64,000 bases of DNA, from contig JAHRHZ010000070.1 in assembly GCA_024137785.1 (NCBI GenBank), forward strand, positions 15,963,153 through 16,027,152, read 5' to 3'. The position numbers and the translations under genes are program-made. A model generated the notes under the pieces. That model saw nothing but the letters and a program-made list of their open reading frames with translations, did no database searches and was not told the origin of the DNA. This stretch comes from Ginglymostoma cirratum (Eukaryota). Each line of letters begins with the position of its first letter. Position 1 is the first letter of the stretch. Shown in pieces: positions 1 through 11,523 of this stretch.

Positions 1-198
1 TTGGGCTTCCGCTGCCCCGAATTTCACCCTGACCCCAACCTGGGCAATCTCTTTGCACAAAAAGGTGACATCCTGCTGAATTCAGGCAGGGTACTGTCAG
101 AGGTCAGTCAGGTGATGCCTAGTCTTTAAAACCTGGTCCTCTTGGCCGTTGGCCAGGGAGGTATGACCTCTCCCATGGCTCCAATCCGCCCACCAGAG

Positions 199-512
199 AG
201 CGGCACGGTGGCTCAGTGGTTAGCACTGCTGCCTCCCAGCACCAGGGACCTGGGTTTGATTCCACCCTCGGACGACTGTCTGTGTGGAGTTTGCACATTC
301 TCCCTGTGTTTGCGTGGGTTTCCTCCAGGTGCTCCGGTTTCCTCCCACAGTCCAAAGATGTGAAGGTTAGGTGGATTGGCCATGCTAAGTTGCCCCATTG
401 TGTCCAGGGATGTGGAGATTAGGGGGGGTCCAGGGGGATGGGCCTGGGTGGGATGCTTCAAAGATCGGTGTGGACTTGAAGGGCCTGTTTCCGCACTGTA
501 GGGATTCTATGA
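199..512 (+). mobile_element. HE1-type V-SINE, near full length
   Basis: tRNA-like head ggcacggtggctcagtggttagcactgctgcctc, V-domain tgtgtggagtttgcacattctcc...ggtttcctcccacagtccaaaga, tail ctgtagggattctatga. Confidence 0.9.
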
Positions 513-1611
513 ACATAAAGGCTCCTGGCCCTGCTCCTTACATGCAGTCAACTTCTTGAAATATATGTGTGACTGTCCCCGCACCATCAAGGTTTAATTG
601 TAGCTGCTGTTTAAAATTCATTGCTGCCTGCTGTAGCTTGCACAGACTTGGCACTTTGCTTATCCCTGTGTTGAGAAAGTGCTCCCAATTAGCTGGGTTT
701 TTGCAGTGTCAGTTAGTCAGAGGCACACCAGCAGGTTAAAGAGGTGTGAGCAAGCCAGGTCAAATGCCATCGCTCTGCAAGAAAGGATGAGGGTGGGTCA
801 TGGAAAGTCTGAGCACATTTTAAACGGGAACCAGATCCAATAATTAGAACTTCTGAGCTGAGCTATATTTCACCTCGCTGTCATGACTAGGGACACTCAG
901 TCAATGCACAAAGCACTGGTGACGCATTTTACAATTACAGAGCTCCTTTGTGATGAAAAGTGCAGACTGATGAGAAAGCACACATCTTCAAACACCACCC
1001 CCCCCCAACCCCCTCCAACCCCTCTCAAGTCGACCTTCCCTTGCTGCTAAGGATTTTGTCATTTCAGCACTTTTACTCTGAGCAACCCTGGAAAGCTACA
1101 ATTGTAGAGTAATTAGGCTCTTGACTGAGAGAGACAGAGTTTGCAGATTCCTCTGCAGAGGAACGTTGTTAGTGTTGGCTGCAGGTTGGAGAAAAGATCA
1201 GGCTGAGGGCAAATTTTGCCAAGCAAACCTCCTATTAGCATCCAATAAAAGAGCAACATTAATTCCATTCAACTCTGCCGTGTTTATTGTATGGAAGACG
1301 GAAGATAGGAAAAAAAGTTTGTGCAGGTTAGATCCACAAATTACTGAGTGTTTTGTTATAGTTTTCCTGACTTATTTTCAAGAGTTGATCCATGCTCTTG
1401 GGGAAATTCCTGTAACTATTTCATTTTTCCAATTTTGCCACTTCCATTTGCTTGCACCTGTTTGATTCCCCGCTGAAATCTGAGCTAGTTGCCCAACTGT
1501 TACCAGTTATTTATTCACGTGTGTGCACTAATGGTGAGTGGTATCAAGCTAGTGTCTGAGGAGCCTAGCCATTTCCTTATAGCAGGTCCAACCAATGTAA
1601 ACATTATTCAA

Positions 1612-3100
1612 GAACATAGGAATAAGAGCAGGAAGGCCCTTCCATACCTGTTCCACCATTCAGTGATCTCTAGGCTTGTAGTCTCAACCCCACTTTTCTA
1701 TCTGCCCCAATTGCCCTTGACTCCCTCCTATATCAAAAACCTCAGCCTGAATAAATTTCTCAGACAGCAGTGTCATTGAAGAGAATTTCCACAGACAATG
1801 CCCTCAGAAAGGCATCGAAAGAAAACCTCAATGTTAAATGGGAGACCCCCACCCAGGAGTCCTGTCGCGAGCTGTAATCATTTCTCCCCACCCACTGTCC
1901 ACCAAGAAAAGGAGTATTCCACCCAGCAACCACCTGTCAATTTCCCTTGGCTTGTTACGTTTCAATAAAATCACCTGTCATTCCCCTAAACTCCAAAGGG
2001 TATAGGCTGAATCATCCCGAACTTTTTCCTCATAAGATGACCTCTTCATCCCAGAAATTGGTAGAATGAGTTTTCTTTGAATGCTTGTATCATTTCTTAA
2101 GTAAAGAGATCAAGACTGTACACAGTATTCCAAATGCTGGTGCCTTCCTTCTCTGGCTATGAGTCAGCTACCAGCAGCAGTGAAATTCTCCACCCTCCTC
2201 CTTAATCGAAGGGGATGGCTAAACTCCAAAAAATACAGATCCAACCTTTGTCATATGATAGCCTTTTCTGAACCAGTCTTTAACACATTCACATCCTTTC
2301 ATAAATAAGGACACCTTTAGGGGCCCTCCTGTGGTGCAGTGGTTGTGTCCCTAGCCCACCTGATCCAGAGGTATGTAGTAACATCTCTGGACAGGTTGAC
2401 TAGCAAAATAGGCTAAATAGAGAAGAAGGAAACTAAAACTGCCCACAACGATTCAAATATTGTCTCAATAACACTGCATAAAACTGTAGCAACATGTGTC
2501 CTCACCTCATATTAAACTACAAAATTCCATTTGCCTTCGTAATCATTTGCTGCATTTGCTTACTAACTTATTGTAATCCTGATATCCTTCTGTACCTCAG
2601 TTTTTCAAATTCCCTCCATTTAAATAATATGCTGTTTGTTTTCATTCTTCCTGCCCGAGTGGACAAAATCCGGGTTTCACAAATTATACTCCATCTGCCA
2701 ACCTTTGACTGGCTCACTGAAGCTACCTATATCCCTTAGCAGACCTCAATGTTCCCATAATCCCTGGCTACACAGGTTTCGGAAGTGGGTGTGTAGCACT
2801 GCCTTCTGGAACAGGAAAGCCAATGCTGCTGTCCATGTGCCAATGCCAATAGCCATGTGCTGATCCTTGAAGCAGCAATGCAGCCTAGGAGAGAATGTTG
2901 CTTAAGTCCTCTTCACAAAGCCCCTACCAATTTTTGTGCCATCAGTAAATTTAGCAGCTGTACATTGCGCACCTTCATCCAAGTCATTGATATAAATTGT
3001 AAATATTTGAGGCCCCAACATTGACCCCTGTGTCACTACAGTTGTCACATACTGCCAATGCCAAAATGCCCCATTAATGCCCTCTTTTTCTATTAACAAA
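1612..3100 (-). mobile_element. CR1-clade LINE 3' portion, fragmented
   Basis: Minus ORF 2902-3099 VTQGSMLGPQIFTIYINDLDEG...KFTDGTKIG is the RT motif PQGSVLGP..FADD; CR1-type 3' UTR near 1612. Confidence 0.85.
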
Positions 3101-3519
3101 AAGAAAAATCATCTTTCCATGCCATTGGTTCTCCTGGTTAGAATGTGCCTTTGAATAGTTCCAAAACAGTTATGGCTTAAATTCGATCAGAATTAGAATT
3201 TGAAAGGCAGGCAGCTCTTTACCAACATGAAACTTGTTGAAAAGAAAACAATACTTTCAGGATTGTACTTGGAAACAGACAATGGATAGAATTTTCTCAG
3301 GGTTTGAGCAATATGGAATATGGCGAGATTTGTGGAAGCAGAAGATGAAAGATTCAACAAGGTCTATAGAGTCTCTCGGCCCAGAAAGAGACTGTTCGGT
3401 CCAACCAGTCCATGCCGACCATAACCCCAGACTAAACGCGTCCCACCTGCCTGCATTTGGCCCATATCCCTCCAAACATTTCAAAATAAAAATCTTATGC
3501 TATTGAAATGGAACAACTG

Positions 3520-5470
3520 TAAGAAATCTGGAAGTAAATCGAGAAATAAGTCTGAAGCTCAGGAGCAGTCACAAGGTCCACGTTACTCTCAGTCCGCCAT
3601 CTTAACATCAGGAGCATCTCATTCTAACTTTGATGCTTTTAACATGCGTTGTGGTGAGATTCTCACTCAGCAGCAGTGAGTTACCAATTTAAGGGATTAT
3701 TACTGCTTAAGTGCACTGGTCACAGCCCAACTCCCCTCATTATTATTCAGCTTCCTGTCTTATCAAACGTGTCAAGCAAGCTAGAGGTCAAGAAAATTTA
3801 ACATGGATATCAGGGTGGGTACCTGCTGATTTCACCTGGCTGGTTGCTCCAAAGGACCTCCATGTTGAACATTAGCACCAACATCTCAGGACACACTCCA
3901 TTGGCAGGGCCCGTATGCACCCCATGTCCACAGACACTGGATATGTGCCTCTGAGATTCCTCATGACACGTCTCTGATCTGCTTCCAGGAAGCTTCTACA
4001 CTTCAATGCTGCACCGACAATTCTCACTGTAATATCGCAGAATGGACACGGCACTCAGCAACACACACTCAGCACACGGATTAGCCTGGGCTCCATCTCC
4101 ATGCTCTTTGCTCACTGTTCTAGTGCACACTCACTCTACACTAACCTGCATGCTCTGCCTTGCATTGCCTTGCCTTTATGCGGTTTTCCTCCAAGTATCG
4201 TATTACTGATATCCTGTTGTGCCTTTTAGCACAGGCATAAAGCAAGGACGTGTGTATCATGGTTGTCAGCAGAGCTCAGTCCATTCAGGGGAGATAACCT
4301 TTGCTCAGAGATCCCAGCGCAGGAAGTCAATGGCAGTCTCCAGTATCCATCCAGGGGCTTGGAGTTTGTCAGTCAGCCACTCAGGGCAGACGGAGGGTCC
4401 TCTCCCTACAAAGGGGTGAGGAGTTGAATGTCAGTCAGGCCACCACCTGCCTTGACTCTTTTTGCCCCATTGTCAGCTGTTTACCCCTTGGAATGAGAAG
4501 GGGACAGGAATGATGGGGGAGGGGGGTAGGGGAGATGAAAGTGGGTGGCATTGCTGTGACTTGAGTAGGGAGGTGACCTGAGTGAGTAAGTGGACAGCAC
4601 AGAGGACATTGCAGGTTTAGTGGTGTAGGGTGACGGTAAGTGAGGAAAGATATGGCAGGCAGGAGAAAGCAGAACACATATCTTGGCTAGAGTGAGTACG
4701 AGATATCAGAGAAAATGTTGGCACTTACACTGGACCTTAGAAAAGAATAGAATCTGTACAGTGTGGAAACAGGCCATTCGGCCTATCAAATCCACACTGA
4801 CCCTGCAAACAGCATCCCACCCTGAACCTTACCCATCCCTAGACACTATGGACAATTTCCCATGTCCAATCACCTAGCCTGCACTTCTTTGGACTGTGGG
4901 AGGAAACCAAAGCACCCAGAGGAAACCCACACAGACATGGGGAGAATGTGCAAACTCCACACAGATGGTCACCCGAGGGTGGAATTGAACCCGGGTCCCT
5001 GGCGCTGTGAGGCAGCAGTGCTAACCACTGAGCCACGGTGCTTCATCTTTTGACCTCCTTTCTATAGGCTTGGGCGTTCCTCCTGATGGCTGAGACCTCA
5101 CTCACCTTGGACCAGGGTGGCTTGGTTTGGTTTTGTGGCATCCATTGCTGGTCTTTGGAGAGGAGGAGGTGCCAGCCAGTGTACCACCATGTCTAGCAGG
5201 ACCTCTGGGTTCCTCCCTGCACAGCAGGGACCGATTTCACGTGCAGGGTCATGCGGGGAGCTCCAGCCTGAAGGTATTTGTCCGGGTGCACAAAGGGCTT
5301 TTAAGGATGCCCCAGCCACAAATAATGCTAGTGAATTCCAGGTTAACTGCTGAGTAGCACATTGTGCCAGGAATAGCGTACATCAGGTGGGAATAGACTG
5401 GGATGTGACTGTTGTGATAGGGGTGAGGTAGCAGGTTAAAACAGTGAGTTGGGTAAGATATAGGGATAAA
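3520..5470 (-). mobile_element. Degenerate PIF/Harbinger-like DNA transposon (Myb/SANT-like ORF remnant)
   Basis: Minus-strand fragments PEVLLDMVV, WSKVSEVSAIRRNAQAYRKEV and KTADNGAKRVKAGGGLTDIQLLTP resemble Harbinger Myb/SANT accessory proteins; frameshifts, a stop and a SINE insertion. Confidence 0.6.
4745..5041 (-). mobile_element. HE1-type V-SINE inserted in a Harbinger-like remnant
   Basis: Reverse complement of the 199-512 family. Confidence 0.9.
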
Positions 5471-7921
5471 TCTCTCTTGGCTTCGCATTGGAAAGCCCTT
5501 CAACAAACCTGATACCACTCAGACTTAGCCAGTGATATGTTATTCAGTATGTTCAGTCTAATATATTTGTATAAATTGCTAAGTAATATTTTGGAAGGTT
5601 GACTTGGAAGAATGGTCCTGACAGATTCACTTTAACTGCAACCACATTTGTTATTTACACTAAGGTATGTTAAAATTTCACATCAGCGAGGTGTAAGTTC
5701 CATTCCTAGGCTGTGAGGTTTTTGCAGATTTCTGACAGTCGTCGGCACTGACATCAAAAATTGTTTGGTGTGTCTAGTTTTTGATTCATTTTAAGATATC
5801 TTTATGTTTTCACTCTAGGAGTTCAAAGCAATTAATTCCCCGAATTACTCCTCATGTTGAACGCATCTGAATGTTGTCCTGTGTGCTATTCATCCAATTT
5901 CAATTTCTTTTTCCTGTGCTCCTGTATGCACTTAATTGCAAATAAATCCAGTAATTGTTCTTAGCCTGTACATATCTCCTCTTTTAGTAACGGCTTAATC
6001 CTGGACTGAGAAATCCAGATACATGAAGTCCTCAATTCAGTGCATTGTTCCCTTTGCTACTGTTAGAATACTTCTAAGCTTTGGGTGACAATGGTAGCAG
6101 GGATGGACTGTGGAAGAATGTTCCTGCACATTGACTTTGTCTAGGTTTCATGATAAAACTCCAGTTACATCGTGACAAAAAATGATGCAGTGTTTTAAAA
6201 TCATTGGAACACCAGGATGTGATTCATAACTCAAACCAAGGACATTCCTGCTATTATGGGCATTTATTGACTGAACTAGATAATGAATAGTCAGATGAAC
6301 CAATGTTAAATATATTAATGGCGTCATCTGCACAGCCACTGGGGAGAAGTACTGCCAGATTCCTACAGACTTTCTTGACATGTTTTGCATCTCTGTGCCC
6401 ATTCAAATTGTTCTCCCTCCATTCTATACCCAGTGTAACCTTTGCAAATAAGCCCGTCTACTAGAAAGGAGATTATTGTTTTGTTGATTCACAAAAAGCG
6501 TAAGAAGGTAAAATGTGGGCAGTTACTCTTTGTTCAGGAGGTAGAATATTCTCCCAATTATGAATGTATTCAGGACTCCAGGTGAGCATCCTCCAGGGAC
6601 ACCCTCCATTATCGCTGTGAGGTGCTTGTGGAATGTCATTAGCAACTTCTAGGAGCTTGAGACATAGGAGGACTGCTTACAAGGCGAGTGCAAACCATTA
6701 GAATCTATTAACTCCAAACAATGTGCATAAGCATGGTGGAGCAGACCTTCAATAGTACCTCCTTCCATCAAGTCTCAGGCCCATGTAATCTAGTATCACC
6801 AAGATACATGCTCAGGAGCTGTTAGTTTATTGGTAGATTTCACTCTTTACATCTCCTTCCAAGTATTTATCCCCACTTATAACTCACTCGTTACACGCTG
6901 TCCACTGTATGCTTACTACATGGCACATGAAAGCTGCTCACAAGGATAATCCTAGCCCAATCTCCCTCCTGTCCTGTGAAGAAATATCTGACCTGCTCCC
7001 ACCTGCTCACTTTCTGTACTTTGACATGGGGGAGATTGGGACCTGTTCTGCCTGGGAGTTTAAAACTGCTGTGCAATCCAACTTGACCCTTGATCTCCCA
7101 GATAGTTACGTACACACTTTGAGCTCTATTGAATGATCTCCTTTGAAGAATGTTTCCTGATAAAATGTTTCAAATAAAGCGGAAACTGAATAGTTAAAAG
7201 TAAAGGGAAAACATTTATTTAATACAGGGTAAGGTCCAACAGCTTTTCTTCGAATATATTTGTATTTGTGTGCGTGTGTGTGTATCTGCATGTATATGAA
7301 TATATCTTCCAAAGTCGGCTGAATTGCTCCAAGAGTTTCCACATGGATGAACTTTGCCCTCAGTTGCTCACTTTTCATGGTTAGCAGTGGTTTAGAAAGT
7401 TCTGTTTGTTTCCTCATTTAGTCTTGGCTTCCATGAGGGAACATTCCTCCTCGTTAGAATAAACAGGATGTGCGTAGATCACTGGGAAACGGCAGTTTCA
7501 TCTTTATAGTTCATTTAAAAAGTTCAAACTCGTCGCTCTCAACACTAGGAAAAATCAGAGTTAAGTAACACATTGAGCTTTACTCAAAATGGAAAATTGT
7601 CCCATGAGTATTATCGATGATGCAGAAAATACTGCCTTCACTGTCTCTCTCGCTCTCTCCGTCTGTATCTTTTTCCTTCCCTTGGTCATACTCTCTGGCT
7701 TTCTTTACTTACTCACAGGTAGGAGGGTTGGTGTGGACTCAATGGGCCAAATGGTCGCTCCCATACTGTAGGGATTCTGTAAGGTTCAGATATTGCTGTC
7801 AATTGTTGCAAACTGCCTTCACAAATGTTCCCTTTTTACCATTAAAATGTTTAAATCTGTTTTCCTGCAGCCCTAAAATGTGATGGCAATGTGGGTATCC
7901 CATTGGTATTTGATTTTCGTT

Positions 7922-8272
7922 GTTATTCATTCATGGGATCAGGGTGTCACTGGCTAGGTCAGCATTAATTGCCCATCCCTAATTACCCAGAGGGCAGTTA
8001 AAAGACAACCACATTGGTGTTGGTCTGGAGTCACATGTAGGCCAGACCGGGTAAGGATGGCAGATTTCCTTCCCTGAAGGACATTAGTGAACCAGATGGG
8101 TTTTCCCTGACAGTCGGCAATGGATTCATGGTCATCAATAGACCCTTAATTCGAGATTTTATTGAAATCAATTTCTACCATCTGCCATGGTGGGATTTGA
8201 ACCCAGACCCCAGAACATTACCTGGGTCTTCGGATTCACAGTCAGAATGATAATCCCACCAGGCCACCACCT
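7922..8272 (-). mobile_element. tRNA-derived SINE, second family (called SINE-B here)
   Basis: Minus-strand B-box gggttcaaatccc; core catctggttcactaatgtccttcagggaaggaaatctgcc...acatgtgactccagacc; several more copies in the window. Confidence 0.85.
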
Positions 8273-8509
8273 AGCATATTCCGCTGTCGCTATAGTCTAC
8301 TATGCCAGGGGTTGCCTCTGGACACATTTGAAATGCCTAACCCTGGGAGTTACTAATCCTGTTAGGGGCTGTTTTAGTTGGGAGGGTGGCTGGAGGGCAA
8401 GCTAAGAGGTCAAGCACGGAAGGTTTGAGGGAGGGAATATCAACTAAACCAACAGGGAGCCGTCTTCACTACTTTCCCCAGTGACTCATTCACCACCTCT
8501 CTCTCTTTG

Positions 8510-9500
8510 AAAGATGGAAGCAACAACTTGTGTTGATGTAGAATCTTTAACATAAAAACGAACTGCTGAGGTAGTTCACAAAGATGTTACAAAGCAAAAT
8601 CTGACACCAAGCCTCATGGAATGATAGCAGATCCAATGTCTGAAAGCTTGGTCAAAGGACAAGGAAGAATCTTAAAGATGACCGAGAGGTTTAGGGCAAG
8701 ACCACTGGTGCTGGAGCAATTAAAATCAGTCAAGAGGTCAAAATTAGATTATGAGGAATATAAGGAGGTTTGTAGGGCTGGAGTGGAATACAGAGAGCTG
8801 GAAGGACAAGCTGATGGAGGGATTTGAAAACCAAGACGTGGGAATTTTAAAATTGCAGTTTTGCTTAACCAGGAGCAATGAGCATGGGAGTGATGGGTGA
8901 GTGGGTCTCGGTGCATGTAGGGACATGGATGATCCCATGTTTGCGGAGGCTAGATTGTGGGACACTGCTTTGAAGCAGCCAGCTCTGGAGGTAATGAATG
9001 AGGATTTCCGCAGCAGATCAGCTGAGGTGGGGTGAAGTTCGGGAATCCTACACAGGCAGAAATGGGTAATCTTAGCCTTTAGGCAGGAATGTGCCTGGAA
9101 GCTGGTCCTGAGGTCAAATATGATGCCAAAGTTTTCACTAATCAGGTTCACCTTCACCTTATTTCCAGAGTCAGTGGCTGGACAACACAGTTTGTAATGG
9201 GGACCAAAGATATTGGCTTCACTCTTAACGATGTTCCTTCAGGGGAAAATTCTGCTCCAATGGCATTGGGTGTAGGACAAGAAATTTGATATTGTTACAA
9301 CAACAGAGAGGTTAAGAAGTGGTGGAATTGGTTGTCATCGGTGTTTGTTCTGAACACTATCACCATGCATTCGATAGATGTGACCGAGGTGGTAACATGG
9401 AGATGAGAGATAAGAGGGAACTAAGGATAGATCTGTGGGGTATGCTAGATGCAATGGTGCTGGAGCAGAATGGCAAATTATTGCAAGTAATACTTGGGCT
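8510..9500 (-). mobile_element. Old L2-like LINE fragment
   Basis: Purine-rich degenerate sequence starting with an L2-type tail (caacaacttgtgttgatgtagaatctttaac); similar remnants at about 20110-20450 and 39100-39500. Confidence 0.5.
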
Positions 9501-9699
9501 AGGACTGGATAGAAGCAGTTCATGTCTAAATACAGCAAGACCTGGACTGTATCCATGTTTGAGCTGACAAATCATAAAGTTATGCAGCGCAGAGATCGAT
9601 CCTTTGGTTTCCTAAACTGAACAAGCCCCATTTGCCTACATTTGGTCCATATCCCTCTAAACCTTCTGTATTCAGATACCTGTCCAAATTTCTTTTAAA

Positions 9700-10320
9700 T
9701 CGCAAGTAACATTGACACCAGATGAATGTCAGACAATGACCATCCCCACCAAGAGAGATTCTAAAGATCCCTTGATATTCAATAGCCTTATCAACACTGG
9801 ATTGCCTGCTATCAACATTCTAGGAGTTACCATTGACCAGAAACTGAAGTGGGCTAGCAATATAAATGTAGTTGCTACAAAAGCAGGTCAGATACTAGAA
9901 ATCCTCCAGTGGGTAACTCACCTCCTCGCTCATGAAAGCCTGTCCACCATTTACAAGGCAAAAGTCAGGAATGTGATAGAATACTCCCCACTTGCCTGGT
10001 TGGTGTAACTTCAACAACACTCAAGAAGCTTGACACCATCCAGGGCAAAGCTGCCCACTTCATTGTCACCACATCCACAAGCATCCACTCCCTCCTCCGC
10101 CGAGGCTCAGTAGCAGCTATCTACAAAATGCGCAGTGGACATTCACCAGGGCTCCTTAGATAGCACTTTCCAAACAACCGACCACTACCATCTAGAAAGA
10201 CAAAGACAGCAGATATATGGGAACTCCACTTCATGTGAGTTCCAATCCAAACGACACATCATCATCCTGACTTGGAAATATAGTGGCGTTCCTTCTGTGT
10301 AGCTGAGTCTAAATCCTGGT
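9700..10320 (+). mobile_element. Non-LTR LINE (CR1/L2 group, called LINE-B here) ORF2 C-terminal fragment
   Basis: ORF 9712-10008 INILGVTIDQKLKW...LSTIYKAKVRNVIEYSPLAW is a typical RT thumb region. Confidence 0.85.
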
Positions 10321-11189
10321 GGGAATAGGTTTTGAGTGTGCAAAAGGTGAATCTTATATACAAGGTGAGCTTAGAAAGGGCATGAGGGAGAGTTTGGAGA
10401 AAAAAGGTGCAAGTGACAGGCAGTGTTGGTCGAATTTTTGACGATAGAAGATTTAATAGTTGAGCTTACTGCTTTCCTCATCTGACATGCAAACTAGTGC
10501 ATCGTTAAGTTGAGGTAGTTGGCTAGCAGCCCAGAGCAACAATCGTTGATCTCTTAGCCACTTTGTGTTTAGTTAGAGTGGGAATTGAATCTGGGCTCTC
10601 TAAGCTGAATGAGCCTGCAGTTATGTTTGGTGCTGCTTCATTTACATCTTAATGGCCATTTGCCAATGGTGCAGTGAAGCCCTATATAGGGATAAATATA
10701 GTGAATCTATCTTTAATATTACACTTTATGCCTGCATTTCCTGTCGGTCACACTTCATGTGCCACACTCTGTTAAATGCAAATTTCTGCTGTCACATTTG
10801 AAAACACATTTTTAAAAGTTGAAGCTTGTCACTTACAATCCCTCCAGATTATTAAAACAAGTGACCATCTGGAAACCAAGTGAAGGATCCAATTTCCATC
10901 AAATTTTGAATGTATTTGGCCTTTGCCTAAAGTTAGAGTAGGTCTTGTTGCTTTATAAGACGCGCAGAAAAATGCACCTTAATTTCCAAAAGATATGGTG
11001 TTTCTGCCCTTGTCAAGCAGCATTTTCACTCAACTTGCTGAGCAACATCTCGGGAGGTGGGCTAAGTTTTGAGTCTGGCACATGCTGCCCTCCAGACACC
11101 AGATTTCAAAGTGCCAACAATACTGAAAGTTGGGCTGCTATTTCGTGCTCATTTTTTCGCAACTGGAGCTGGGAAATTTACAAGCCCGC

Positions 11190-11523
11190 ACCAATGGCTC
11201 AGTGGCCTTGCAGCGCCAGGGGCCTGGGTTCGATTCCAACCTCAGGCGACTGTTTGCGTGGAGTTTGCACATCCTCCCCGTGTCTGCATGGGTTTCCTCC
11301 GGGTGCTCCGGTTTCCTCCCACATGTGCAGATTAGGGTGGATTGACCATACTAAAGTTGCCCATAGTGTTCAGGGATGTGCAGGCTGGGTGGGTTAGCCA
11401 TGGAAATGCAAGGCTACAGGCATGGGGTAGGGCTGGGTCTGGGTGGGATGCTCTTCAGAGGATCGGTGTGAACTCAATGGGCCAAATAGCCTGCTTCCAC
11501 ACTGCAGGGATTGTATGATTCTA
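11190..11523 (+). mobile_element. HE1-type V-SINE
   Basis: Same V-domain and tail; small deletion in the head. Confidence 0.88.

Noticed and set aside
199-270. tRNA-like sequences with A and B boxes
   Set aside because: They are SINE heads continuing into SINE bodies, with no complete cloverleaf
119-461. Recurring ORFs such as LCGVCTFSPCLRGFPPG and MANPPNLHIFGLWEETG (also near 4.9, 11.2, 16.3, 18.1 and 34.8 kb)
   Set aside because: They are frames of the non-coding HE1 SINE, not a gene family
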